A DNA stretch of 64,000 bases. Source: an uncultured delta proteobacterium (GTDB taxonomy: Bacteria > Myxococcota_A > Polyangia > Polyangiales > Polyangiaceae). The stretch spans positions 1,792,001 through 1,856,000 of the forward strand of contig CAWDXG010000004.1 in the NCBI GenBank assembly GCA_963806225.1. Direction: 5' to 3'. Below the pieces are notes generated by a model. The model saw nothing but the letters and a program-made list of their open reading frames with translations. It was not told the origin of the DNA and ran no database searches. This document shows positions 1-9,573 of the stretch, one piece after another (within the stretch, counting starts at the first letter, position 1; the number at the start of each line of letters is the position of its first letter). Position numbers and translations under genes: made by a program.

Positions 1-1128
1 CAGCTTCGCGAGCGCGCCCTTGGACAGCTTCGTGCCCTTCTCGACGTACACTTCCTCCTTGCCGTTGGCGTGGCGCACCTTCACCCAGGGGATGTTCTGC
101 AGCTTTTTGTCGGCGGCGGCGAACGTGATGGTGTTGTTCACGACCATGTGCCAGTGGATGCCCTGGCTCTTGCCGTGGGAGGGGTTGCCACCACCGATCT
201 TCAGATTCAGCGAGATCTGCTCGGCGTCGTTGGTTTCATTGTAGCGGTAGTGCGGCAACTGCAGGAGCGCTGCGCCGGAGAACTTTTCCGGCCAGTGACA
301 CTTCTCGCAGGTCTCCCGCGCGGGTCTGAGGTGCGCGACCGGAGTCGGGATCGGCGTCTCGTAGCTGTGCGTCAGGACGGCGATGAGCTGGCGCGCGCCT
401 GACAGCTTGGAGCGGACATACCAGCTCGCGCCTTCGCCGACATGGCAGGCGACGCACGGAACGCGTGCATGGGGCGAGTCCTGGTACGCGGTAAACTCCG
501 GCTGCATCGGCACGTGGCACACCTGCCCGCAGAAGGTCACCGACTCGGTGTAGTGGAACCCCTGGTAGCTCGCCCAGACGAGCAGCGACGAGACGACCGT
601 GCCGCCGACGATCAGATACAGGAAGATCCGGCGCTGCCGCGTGTCGTTCAGGTCGATGCGCGGATAGGGCAGGAACTTCAGCGCCTCGGCCCGCCGCCGG
701 CGTCCTGCCTCCCAGCGCATGCCGATCAGGATCGTCACGACGCCGGCCAGCACGAACGTCGGGAAGATGGCGTAGGTGAAAATGCCGACGTACGGATTGC
801 TGCCGCCGCTCGTGACGTGGGCGAGCAGGGACAGCAGGATCAGGATCGCGCCGAGAACGACGATCAGCGCTCCGATGTGGCTGACCAGGTTGTAGTAGAG
901 CGGCCGCTGCCGCCGTCCGTCGTCGTTCCCTCCGCCCCCGGATGAGCTTCCGTCCTCATCGCCGTTGCCGGCCCCGGGCGACGACGTAGGCTCCGCTTCC
1001 TCGTCCTGAAGCGTCGGCTCCGTTTCCTCGCCTTCCGGCGTCGGCTCCGTTTCCTCGCCTTCGAGCGGGATTGTCGGTTCGTCTTGCGTCGTCATCTGTC
1101 GATCCTTGTCGTGACGTTCGTCGTCCAT
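1..1128 (-). CDS. NapC/NirT-like membrane-anchored multiheme cytochrome c (3' end outside window)
   Basis: Manual translation from ATG at 1128 is open to base 1 (absent from the ORF track). Acidic N-terminus, three hydrophobic segments, then YTESVTFCGQVCH, SPHARVPCVACH, RPARETCEKCHWP and GIHWH. Starts 8 nt after the upstream gene stop. Confidence 0.85.
   Translation of the reverse strand, partial: MDDERHDKDRQMTTQDEPTIPLEGEETEPTPEGEETEPTLQDEEAEPTSSPGAGNGDEDGSSSGGGGNDDGRRQRPLYYNLVSHIGALIVVLGAILILLSLLAHVTSGGSNPYVGIFTYAIFPTFVLAGVVTILIGMRWEAGRRRRAEALKFLPYPRIDLNDTRQRRIFLYLIVGGTVVSSLLVWASYQGFHYTESVTFCGQVCHVPMQPEFTAYQDSPHARVPCVACHVGEGASWYVRSKLSGARQLIAVLTHSYETPIPTPVAHLRPARETCEKCHWPEKFSGAALLQLPHYRYNETNDAEQISLNLKIGGGNPSHGKSQGIHWHMVVNNTITFAAADKKLQNIPWVKVRHANGKEEVYVEKGTKLSKGALAKL
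985..1065 (-). repeat. 3 x 27-bp coding tandem repeat (EGEETEPTP-like)
   Basis: Units at 985, 1012 and 1039 (cgtcggctccgtttcctcgccttc...). Confidence 0.85.
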
Positions 1129-1136
1129 GGCCCCCG

Positions 1137-3377
1137 CTAGTGCTTCACAAAGATATGGCAGCTCGTGCAACTCTGCGCGTTCGGGAAGTGGTTGGCCCGG
1201 TTCTTGTGGCACCTCAGGCAGTCGTTGCGCGTGGGCATCTTCCGCGCGTGCGTCGCGTGGCAATCCGTGCACTTGGCCTTCGCCGCGTGGATCTTGTGCG
1301 CCCCCTGGAGCGACTTGTGGCACGACGTACAGCTCGGCTTCGCGAAGCCGTGCGGCTTGTGGCAGGACGCGCACACCGAGTGGGTGGGCCCGCGACCGCG
1401 CACGGCCTGGACCTGGGACGAGTGGCACTTGTTGCACGCGCTCCAGAGATTCTTCGGCAATGCCTGGTGCACGTCGTGGCAGCCGTTACACGTGTGCCGC
1501 GTCGGCTTGACCTGGCGCGCCTGTTTCTGGTGGCACTGGCTGCAGGCCTTCGGGTGCGTCGGGTTGTGCTTGTTGTGGCAGTTCTGGCAGGACGGGTGCG
1601 CGCTCTTGGGCCAGGTTGCCACGGCCTCGGCCTTGGCCTTGTGGCAGCTTCCGCAGAGCGGCGCCTTGAGCTTGGGACCGTGAGCCGCTTGATGGCACGT
1701 CTGGCACCTCGCGTGCTTGCCAGCAGGCGGACCGATATTCTTGTGACAGTTGGTGCAGGACGCCGCCTTGCCCAGCGGCGGTCCATGCGGCTGATGGCAC
1801 TTCGTGCAGGTGTCGGTGTGCGGACCGATCGTCGGATTCTTGTGGCAGGCCCTGCAGGCGGTCACGCTGGCCGCGAACCTGTGCGGCTTGTGGCAGCTCA
1901 CGCAGCGCTGATGTTTCGGCGGTCCGGCGGTTGCCACCAGCTGCACCTTGTCCGAGTGGCAGACCTTACAGGCCTTGAGCGCATCGAGCGGCGCATGCGG
2001 GGCATGGCATGTCCTGCAGCCGCCCCGGTGCCGCGGTGCCGAGCTCGCAAGCTCGAGCCCCTTCGCCTTGTGGCACCCGGCACACTGCTTCACGTGCTCG
2101 GCATCCTCGTGTGGATCGTGGCAGGTGGTGCAGGCCGGGTGGGGCTGGGGCTTCTTGTCCTTGTGGCAGGTGCTGCAGAAGGTCTGCGGCGCCTTGGCCT
2201 CGTGGGGTTTGTGGCAGTTCTCGCAGTCGTTGTGGGCTTTCGCGTTCCAGGATGCGAGCACCAGCGCCTTGTCGGCATGGCAGTCTCTGCACCCGCTCAC
2301 ACTCGCCTGGAAGCTGTGGGCCTCGTGGCACTTCGAACACCGGGAGTGCTGCGACGCGAGCATCCCGTGCTCCATCTTGTCCTTGTGGCAACGCGTGCAC
2401 GCCGTGACGAGGGAACTGCGCGGACCGTGCGGCTTGTGGCACGTCGTGCACGAGAAGCGGTCCGGCATCTTCGTGTTGTGGAACTCCGTCGTGACCTTCG
2501 CGTGGCAAAGCGTGCAGTCCCGCCCGCGGAAGCGCTTGTCGCGCGACTTGTCGTGCGGCTGGTGACACACGGCGCAGGTCTGCAGGTTGCCGTGGATCAT
2601 CGTCGGCTGGATCGGGTCCGCCTTGACGAACTCCGCGAATCGAGAGGCCGCCTTCGGCTGACTCGCCCGGCCGTGACAGCGCTGGCAGTTCTGCGCAGGG
2701 GTCTGCGCGCCCCCCTCCACCCGGGCCAGGTAGTTGTGGCAGGAAAGGCAGGAAACGGGCTTGCCGTGGAACGCCGTCGCGTGCCCGCCGAAGGTGTGCA
2801 CCTTCTTGTGGCAGCTGGCGCAGGCCTCCGGCCGAGGCGTGGTGCGGTGATTCTTCCACCGGTGGCACGACGAACAGGCGAGCGGCTTGTCCGCCTTGAT
2901 CACGTGCACGAGATGCCCGTTCGTGGTGGCGATGTTCGAGCGTTTCTTCTCCTCTCCGACATGGCAGCTGCGGCAGCGGCCGGGGTCGACCTTGCCGTGC
3001 GGCGTGGTCCGGGTCTTCGAAATCAGGCCGAGCGCCCACTGGTGCAGATTCTGCCCGACGCGGTCTTCGTGGCACGCCTTGCATTGCAGGCTCTTGTGCA
3101 CGCTCGCCTGGAGCTGGTGCACGTCCGTCGTGTGGCACGACCCGCAGAACTGCGGCTGCTCGACGTGCTTCTGTGCGCGGTCCAGGCCAACCAGCGCGAA
3201 GACGACGAGGAGCAGGATTCCGGCCTGCCACCACAGCCAACGGCGGGACCACCATGGCCGGACGGGCGGCGCGGAAGGCGGCCCGGACGCGGCCTCGTCT
3301 TCTTCTTCCTGCGGTTCGGGGCCGTCGTTGCTCAAGGTTAGACCTACGCCAGTGCTGGGAAGCTTGTTAGACAGCAA
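1137..3377 (-). CDS. Very large multiheme c-type cytochrome (34 CxxCH), N-terminal membrane anchor
   Basis: 34 CxxCH motifs counted in 746 aa, many as H-x(2-3)-CxxCH-x-PH...CxxCH pairs; hydrophobic segment [22 protein letters not shown] start uncertain. Confidence 0.93.
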   Translation of the reverse strand: MLSNKLPSTGVGLTLSNDGPEPQEEEDEAASGPPSAPPVRPWWSRRWLWWQAGILLLVVFALVGLDRAQKHVEQPQFCGSCHTTDVHQLQASVHKSLQCKACHEDRVGQNLHQWALGLISKTRTTPHGKVDPGRCRSCHVGEEKKRSNIATTNGHLVHVIKADKPLACSSCHRWKNHRTTPRPEACASCHKKVHTFGGHATAFHGKPVSCLSCHNYLARVEGGAQTPAQNCQRCHGRASQPKAASRFAEFVKADPIQPTMIHGNLQTCAVCHQPHDKSRDKRFRGRDCTLCHAKVTTEFHNTKMPDRFSCTTCHKPHGPRSSLVTACTRCHKDKMEHGMLASQHSRCSKCHEAHSFQASVSGCRDCHADKALVLASWNAKAHNDCENCHKPHEAKAPQTFCSTCHKDKKPQPHPACTTCHDPHEDAEHVKQCAGCHKAKGLELASSAPRHRGGCRTCHAPHAPLDALKACKVCHSDKVQLVATAGPPKHQRCVSCHKPHRFAASVTACRACHKNPTIGPHTDTCTKCHQPHGPPLGKAASCTNCHKNIGPPAGKHARCQTCHQAAHGPKLKAPLCGSCHKAKAEAVATWPKSAHPSCQNCHNKHNPTHPKACSQCHQKQARQVKPTRHTCNGCHDVHQALPKNLWSACNKCHSSQVQAVRGRGPTHSVCASCHKPHGFAKPSCTSCHKSLQGAHKIHAAKAKCTDCHATHARKMPTRNDCLRCHKNRANHFPNAQSCTSCHIFVKH

Positions 3378-3564
3378 CCATCTGCCCGTGATAGTCGGGC
3401 CGGAACGTCAAGTCCAAGATATACAGGCCCCCATGTTCCGCAGCTGGATAGCGGATGTATGCGCCGAGTCCGCCGCGTCGGGCCAGGACGTGCCCCTTGC
3501 CCGAGGCGTCACGCCACCTGTTGCGGACTGTCAATCTGAACCGTATGGAATCTGAAACGCAGGT

Positions 3565-3580
3565 AGCAAGCGCCGTGCCT
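3565..3580 (-). promoter_or_regulatory. Putative sigma-54 promoter for the multiheme cytochrome operon
   Basis: Minus strand AGGCACGGCGCTTGCT, exact GG-N10-GC spacing, intergenic, correct orientation. Confidence 0.65.
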
Positions 3581-3664
3581 CGGCCCGACGCACGGCGTCA
3601 ACCGCGCCGGCGTCGGATTCCAGCGATTTCCGGCAAAAGCAAGCGCGGCACGGCGCAATTCTTG

Positions 3665-5956
3665 CTACCCGGGTGTTGCGTCATGCAGAAGCTGCCGCTC
3701 GGCGCCAGCGTCGTCCGCAGCCGGAAGCGTCAACGCGAACTCGCTGCCGCCTCCTTCCACGAGCCGCGCAACCAGACGCCCGTGGTGCTGCAGCACGGTG
3801 TGCAGCGTGAGCGGCAGCCCCATCCCGGTTCCGCTCGGCTTCGTGGTGTAGCCCGGCGAGAATATGGCGACCGGGTCATCGATACCCGCGCCGGTATCCC
3901 GGATCAGTACCTCCCACTCGCCAGCGATACGCGCGAGCGAAACGCCCAGCCGGCGTGTCGGCATGCCCTGCATGGACTCGACGGCATTGTGGAGCAGGTT
4001 GTCGACGACGCTGCGGAGCCGTGAAGGGTTGCCGATCACCACGGCGGGCCCGGAGGAGACAGCGGCCTCGAGCTCGATGTCGTGTTCCTGCAACAAGTCG
4101 CCGTGCGCATCCAGCAGCTCCGACATGAGCACTGCCAGGTCGACCTGCTGGAGCTTCAGCTCGCCGGCGGACGGGTGCAGGCTCAGATACTCGCCGAGCA
4201 GCGTTTCCATGCGGGTCAGCTCGTCGTGGATCGCGCCGAGACGCTTGCGTAGCCTCGTGCGGTCCTCGTTCGATGCGGGCAGGCGATCCAGGCGGCGCTC
4301 GAATAGCTGGACCTGCAGCGACAGACCGTTCAGTGGATTGCGCAGCTCGTCTGCGAGCATGCGACCGAAGGCTCCGATGGTGGTCCATTGTTCCGAGACC
4401 CGCAGCCGCTCCGTCAGCTGCATACGCACCAGCGTCGAGGCCAGCACCGGCGCCAGCCCCGCTGCGGTCTCGCGTTCCTGCGACGAGAATCCCCCCGACT
4501 CGCGCTCCAGGGTCAAGACGCCCACCTTGTGCCCCCCGACCTCGAGTGGCAGAAGGAGCATCCACGGAGCTCTGGAACCCGCGAGCGGGCTGTCGAGCAC
4601 CGTGGGCTCGCTTGGCAACTCGACGGACCCCGGAAGCGGCAGCAGCCGTAGCTCGCGCCTGTCGAGCTGCCATGAGTCCACCGGGCGAGCTGCATCGTCG
4701 ACGCGCGTCAGTTGCGCGCGGTCGTAGTGGATGAGCTGGAAGAGCGACTCGCCCAGCACCGACGGCCCCGGCCCGAGCGACGCCACACTGGCCAGCGAGC
4801 TCGCGATCTCCGCGCGACGCTCGCGTTCCCCCAGCACCCGGCGCGCCAGGCATGCGAGCGTCAACACCTGCGTCAGCGTCTCGACCAGTGCCGCGCGGCT
4901 CCGGGATGTCGCCTCGGCGGCTCCTTCCTCCAGCGTCAGCGCGCAGAGCAGCTCGTCGCGCCATGCGAGGAGGATGACGCGGTTTTCGTCGGCCGCGGAC
5001 TCCATTGCAAAGTGGCGCGCGCCATCGGGCGCCGTTTCGAGCTTTGCGCTCTCGTAGCCGGCAACGCGGGCCATCTGCTCCAACGCCGGGTCGAGCTCGC
5101 CCACACCCGCAATCCAGCCATTCAGCGCCTGCACGAAGGCGCGCGTCGCTTCCTGCTGCTCGCGAAGCTCCTCGAGATGGAGCCGATCCGCCTCGCGGCT
5201 GGCCCGCGCAGCGCGCAGGCCGTCGAGCAGAGCCTGGGCCAGCGTCGCCAGTTCGTTATCGCCCGAACCCTCGCGCAGCAGCGCCTGCTCCGAGCTCTCA
5301 TGGGTGGCAGCCTGCAGGCGACGGATGCGACCGAATACCTCCCAGACGCCGAATCCGATGAATGTGACCAGAAGCAGCGACGCCGCACCCGCAGCCGTGC
5401 CGAACGTGGTGATCGCAGCGGCGCGCGCCTGCAGCGTGTCGGCGATGCCGTGCACGGTGCGGTCCAGCGAGCGGAGCTCGTCGTGCGCGAGCAGGGTGGT
5501 CTGGCGCGACGACCCTTGACGCAACGCATCCCTGAAGCGGGGCGCGAGCTGGTGGTCCCAGCGATCGAGGTGGCGCCCGAGTCGGGCGCAGGTGCGCTCG
5601 TCGGGACAGGCCGGGATGCCGCGCCCCGCTGCTCCGTGGATCAAGGTGACGAGAGCCGCGTGCTGCTCGCCCAGCATTCGCCTGACCGTCTGCGCGCGCT
5701 CGGCAGGGAGCGGCGTGGGAGGCGACAGTTCTTCCTCGATCTGCAGCAGGCGATAGCGGAGCGACGCCGCCAGATCCATCTCGCGCGCGAAGCCCTTGAC
5801 GCTGTGGTTGGCCTCCCGCGAAACGAGCCACGGCCCGAGCGCGAGCACCCCCAGCGCCACCAGCAGCGCGAAGAACCGCCCCCGCAGTGAGCGCAGGGGC
5901 GTCTTCAGCAGGGCGAGCGCACAATATGCGCGATTTCTGGGGGGAGCCGTGCGCAT
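3665..5956 (-). CDS. Membrane sensor kinase-like protein (NarX-like periplasmic domain, GAF-like, HisKA with His-to-Asp, HATPase)
   Basis: Two TM segments flank DLAASLRYRL; H-box reads MLADELRNPL; N, G1, F, G2 boxes present (NLLHNAVES, DTGAGI, FSPGYTTK, GTGMGL). Confidence 0.88.
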   Translation of the reverse strand: MRTAPPRNRAYCALALLKTPLRSLRGRFFALLVALGVLALGPWLVSREANHSVKGFAREMDLAASLRYRLLQIEEELSPPTPLPAERAQTVRRMLGEQHAALVTLIHGAAGRGIPACPDERTCARLGRHLDRWDHQLAPRFRDALRQGSSRQTTLLAHDELRSLDRTVHGIADTLQARAAAITTFGTAAGAASLLLVTFIGFGVWEVFGRIRRLQAATHESSEQALLREGSGDNELATLAQALLDGLRAARASREADRLHLEELREQQEATRAFVQALNGWIAGVGELDPALEQMARVAGYESAKLETAPDGARHFAMESAADENRVILLAWRDELLCALTLEEGAAEATSRSRAALVETLTQVLTLACLARRVLGERERRAEIASSLASVASLGPGPSVLGESLFQLIHYDRAQLTRVDDAARPVDSWQLDRRELRLLPLPGSVELPSEPTVLDSPLAGSRAPWMLLLPLEVGGHKVGVLTLERESGGFSSQERETAAGLAPVLASTLVRMQLTERLRVSEQWTTIGAFGRMLADELRNPLNGLSLQVQLFERRLDRLPASNEDRTRLRKRLGAIHDELTRMETLLGEYLSLHPSAGELKLQQVDLAVLMSELLDAHGDLLQEHDIELEAAVSSGPAVVIGNPSRLRSVVDNLLHNAVESMQGMPTRRLGVSLARIAGEWEVLIRDTGAGIDDPVAIFSPGYTTKPSGTGMGLPLTLHTVLQHHGRLVARLVEGGGSEFALTLPAADDAGAERQLLHDATPG

Positions 5957-6002
5957 CGTCTACTCCGACCGGTGCGGGACCGGTCGGGCAAGCGCACCTG
6001 GG

Positions 6003-6017
6003 GCACGTTGTGTGCCA
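6003..6017 (-). promoter_or_regulatory. Putative sigma-54 promoter for the His-to-Asp sensor (copy 1)
   Basis: Minus strand TGGCACACAACGTGC, GG-N10-GC, ~47 nt upstream of ATG 5956. Confidence 0.6.
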
Positions 6018-6165
6018 GCCCGCCACCCCGCATCTAGATCCGGAGATCCACAGCTCGTGGCCACGGGATCTGTCCCGGAAACAGCACCGTCGCCCGACGC
6101 GCCCGGCGTCTCCAGCTTGACCGACGTCATGGTTTTCCGGGGCCGGGAATGGAGCGGGCCCTGGA

Positions 6166-8160
6166 ATGCTGATACTCCTCGAGCGCCGGATGCACGTCGA
6201 TTCGCCGTCGGAAAACACGAAGCCCCGGCTCCCGGGCTCGGACCTGACGCTCGCGGTCATGCTGGGCGCGCTGACGATCGTGCTCTCCTACAGCGCCGGA
6301 GAGCTGGTCGAGCAGACGCTTCTCGCGGGAGCGAGCATGGCGACGATCCACCTCGAGCACATGGTGCGCGGGGTCGTCTCGTCGGTGCTGACGGCCGTGG
6401 TCGTCGGGTGGTCGCTGCTGCGCGCCTCGCCACCGCTGCTTGCGCCGCCGCCCGCAGCCCCCCTTGTGGAACGATCGCAGGCCCGGGAAGCGGAACAGGT
6501 CGCCCACTATACGCGCTGGCTGATCCAGATGCGCTGGCTTGTCGTGGTGGTGGCCACGGCGCTGGTGGTGGTGGCCGTGCGCGTGCTGTCGGTCCTGCCA
6601 GGCGCGGTGTGGTCACCCCTCGTCTTGACGATCACACTGCTGGGGGCGACGAACGTCCTGTACACCGTCCTCGCCGCCCGACCGCACCTGCACTATCTGG
6701 AAGCCCAGATCGTCACGGATCTGGTGCTGCTGACGCTGCTTGTCCACTTCTCCGGCGGGGTAGAAAACCCGCTCTCGATGATGGCGCTGTTCCACGTGGT
6801 CATCGCTGGCGTGCTGCTGGCGCCGCGACGCTGCTACGCCGCGGCCGGCTTCGCAGCACTACTCTTCGGAGTGATGGCTTGGCTGGAGTACTCCGGAGCG
6901 ATCGCGCACTACGCCTTCGGGCTGTTCCCGCAAGGCCGGGCGAGCAAGCTCGACCCCACCCACGACCTGCTTTTCGTGGTCAACCGGGTCGCAGTGCAGG
7001 CGGTCATGCTGGGCTTGATCGCCTATTTTGTCACCACCTTGGCCGAGCGCGCCCACACCAACGAGCTGCGTCTCGAAGCCATGGCGGATCGCGCGTTGGG
7101 GGAGCGGCAGTTGCTCGAGCAGGCGCTCGCCACAACGGGGACGGGGCTGCGCGTCTGCAACGCCCAACTCGAGCCGGAATGGCTGAACAGCCGCTGGCGT
7201 GAGTGGTTCGAACCAGGCTGCTGTCTGGACAGCGCGATCATGCCCGTTCCAGCGCGCGACACCGTGAAAGACGGACAGACGCGCGTCACCGAGGTTCGAC
7301 TGCCGGACAAGTCCGGAGCGGAACCTGCCGATAGCGAGCGGATCTACCAACTGACGACCGCTCCGGTGCTCGATGCAGACGGCGGTATCGTCCAGATAGC
7401 CGAGCTGGCCCAGGACATCACACAGCAGAAACGAGCCCAGGCCCAGCTCCTCACGGCGGGCAAAATGGCCGCCGTCGGCCGGCTCGCGGGGCAGGTGGCA
7501 CATGAGGTCAACAACCCCATTGCGATCATCAGCGGCAAGGCGCGCCTGCTCCTGTCGGCGCGCCGGGACGAGCTTTCGCCGAAAGTCGCCGCGGAGCTCG
7601 AGAAAATCGTCGCACTTTCCGATCGGGTCGCGGATATCGCGCGCGGGCTGCTGTCCTACGGGCGCCCATCGCCTGCGGCGCGGAGTGCGGTCGACGTGTG
7701 CGCGATGGTCCGGAACGCCATGACGATGGTCGAACAGCGCGCGCAGGCTGGCGGAGTGCGGCTGGAGGATCAGCTGGGTCCGTCGCCAATCGACGTACGC
7801 GCCAACACGGGCGAGCTGGAGCAGGTGTTCTTGAACCTGCTGCTGAACGCGCTGGACGCCGTCGATGACGACGGGACCATCAGCGCCACGGCGCGGGCTA
7901 CCGAGCTGGACAGCGGACCGGCCGTAGCCGTGGCCATCAGCGACGACGGCCACGGCATCCCGGAGGACGTGCTGGCACGCATCTGGGAACCGTTCTTCTC
8001 GACCAAGGACGACGACCACGGGACCGGCCTGGGCCTGGCGATCTGCCAGGGTATCATCGAGGGGCATGGCGGCCGCATCGAGGTCAAGAGCGCTCCAGGC
8101 GCGGGGACGACATTCAGCGTGACGCTGCCCGTGATGGCTTCGACGGACGAGGAGCACTGA
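6166..8160 (+). CDS. Multi-TM sensor histidine kinase (PilS-like membrane domain, PAS-like, HisKA, HATPase)
   Basis: Many TM helices with HFSGGVENP; VAHEVNNP H-box; NLLLNALDA, DDGHGI, EPFFSTK, GTGLGL. Stop overlaps the next ATG. Confidence 0.92.
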   Translation: MLILLERRMHVDSPSENTKPRLPGSDLTLAVMLGALTIVLSYSAGELVEQTLLAGASMATIHLEHMVRGVVSSVLTAVVVGWSLLRASPPLLAPPPAAPLVERSQAREAEQVAHYTRWLIQMRWLVVVVATALVVVAVRVLSVLPGAVWSPLVLTITLLGATNVLYTVLAARPHLHYLEAQIVTDLVLLTLLVHFSGGVENPLSMMALFHVVIAGVLLAPRRCYAAAGFAALLFGVMAWLEYSGAIAHYAFGLFPQGRASKLDPTHDLLFVVNRVAVQAVMLGLIAYFVTTLAERAHTNELRLEAMADRALGERQLLEQALATTGTGLRVCNAQLEPEWLNSRWREWFEPGCCLDSAIMPVPARDTVKDGQTRVTEVRLPDKSGAEPADSERIYQLTTAPVLDADGGIVQIAELAQDITQQKRAQAQLLTAGKMAAVGRLAGQVAHEVNNPIAIISGKARLLLSARRDELSPKVAAELEKIVALSDRVADIARGLLSYGRPSPAARSAVDVCAMVRNAMTMVEQRAQAGGVRLEDQLGPSPIDVRANTGELEQVFLNLLLNALDAVDDDGTISATARATELDSGPAVAVAISDDGHGIPEDVLARIWEPFFSTKDDDHGTGLGLAICQGIIEGHGGRIEVKSAPGAGTTFSVTLPVMASTDEEH

Positions 8161-9557
8161 TGGCGTCCCGGGTACTGGTTGTCGACGACGAAAAAGGCAT
8201 GCTCGAAGTATGCGGCGATACCCTCGATCTGCTGCCCGACGTAGAGGTCGTGCTCGAACAGCGAAGCGCGCGGGCCGCTGCCCTGCTCGCACAAGAGCCG
8301 TTCGATCTGCTGATCACGGACATACGGATGCCGGGGATGGACGGCGTGGATCTCCTGCGGGTAGCCCGGGAGCACGATCCGACATTGCCGGCCTTGATCC
8401 TGACCGCGTATCCGACGGTCGAGACGGCCGTCGAGGCCATGAAGCTCGGCGCGGCGGACTACCTCGGCAAGCCTTTCCGCCCGGAAGAGCTCCAGAAGCT
8501 GGCCAAGCGGCTGCTGGACGAGCGACGCCTGCGGGACGAAAACCGGCTTCTTTCACGCCAGGTCGAACGCGCCCACCTCTTCGACGAGATCGTGGGTCGC
8601 AGCGCCGCGATGCAGAAGGTGTTCGAGCTCATCCAGCGCGTAGCCGCCACCGACGCGGATGTGCTGATCCTCGGTGAAACGGGGACAGGCAAGGAGCTCG
8701 TGGCCCGCAGCCTGCACGGACGCAGCCAGCGCAAGGGTCAACGCTTCGTACCGGTGGACTGCGGCGCCATCCCCGACAACCTGCTGGAGTCCGAGCTCTT
8801 CGGCCACGAGCGCGGCGCATTTACCGGCGCGGATTCCCGCAGCCTCGGGCTTCTGGAGTACGCGACCCGCGGCACGTTCTTCCTCGACGAGGTGGCGGAG
8901 TTGCCACCCCGTCTGCAGTCGAAGCTCCTGCGCGTGCTTCAGGAACGAAGAGTGCGGCGCGTGGGTGGGAAGGACGAAGTCGAGGTGGACGTGCGCGTCA
9001 TCGCCGCCACCAGCCGCGATCTGGACGAGGAGATGCGCGAACACAGGTTCCGCGAGGATCTGTACTACCGCATCAACGTCGCCCGCATCGAGCTGCCGCC
9101 GCTCAGGCAGCGGAGCGAGGACATCCCGCTTCTGGTCGCACATTTCTTCGGCCGTTACGCCGAACAGATGGGCAAGCCGGGCATCCAGCTCGACAGCGAA
9201 TCGCTCGAGATCCTGTGCCGGTACTCCTGGCCCGGAAACGTGCGCGAGCTGTCGAACGTGCTCAGGCGCGCGCTCACCATGGCGCGCGGCGACAGCATCG
9301 TAGCCGACGACCTGCCTGACCCCGTCGTTGCGCAGGCCGGCGCGCCAGCCAGCGTGTCTTCGAAGGGAACAAGGGGCAGCTTCTTCGACCAGCGAACGGA
9401 TCGCATCGAGGCGTTCGAGCGCGAGTACCTGACGGGCCTTCTGCTGCGCACGAAAGGCGACGTGAACCAGGCCGCCGCCGACGCCCAGCTCCCGCGCGGC
9501 ACGTTGTACCGGCTGCTGAAGAAGTACAGCCTGGCGCCGGCTGATTTCCGCTCCTGA
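8160..9557 (+). CDS. Sigma-54-dependent response regulator (NtrC family: REC-AAA-HTH)
   Basis: VLVVDDE, ITDIRMPG, GETGTGKELVA, GAFTGA, FLDEV, WPGNVREL, C-terminal Fis-type HTH. Confidence 0.96.
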   Translation: MASRVLVVDDEKGMLEVCGDTLDLLPDVEVVLEQRSARAAALLAQEPFDLLITDIRMPGMDGVDLLRVAREHDPTLPALILTAYPTVETAVEAMKLGAADYLGKPFRPEELQKLAKRLLDERRLRDENRLLSRQVERAHLFDEIVGRSAAMQKVFELIQRVAATDADVLILGETGTGKELVARSLHGRSQRKGQRFVPVDCGAIPDNLLESELFGHERGAFTGADSRSLGLLEYATRGTFFLDEVAELPPRLQSKLLRVLQERRVRRVGGKDEVEVDVRVIAATSRDLDEEMREHRFREDLYYRINVARIELPPLRQRSEDIPLLVAHFFGRYAEQMGKPGIQLDSESLEILCRYSWPGNVRELSNVLRRALTMARGDSIVADDLPDPVVAQAGAPASVSSKGTRGSFFDQRTDRIEAFEREYLTGLLLRTKGDVNQAAADAQLPRGTLYRLLKKYSLAPADFRS

Positions 9558-9573
9558 ACGGCGAGCCGGCGCG

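Noticed and set aside
1071..3341. 756-aa + strand ORF, and similar long ORFs at 15077-17356, 22630-25005, 40349-42331, 48209-50218 and 51293-53200
   Set aside because: Antisense shadows of well-supported genes in high-GC DNA; no motifs of their own.
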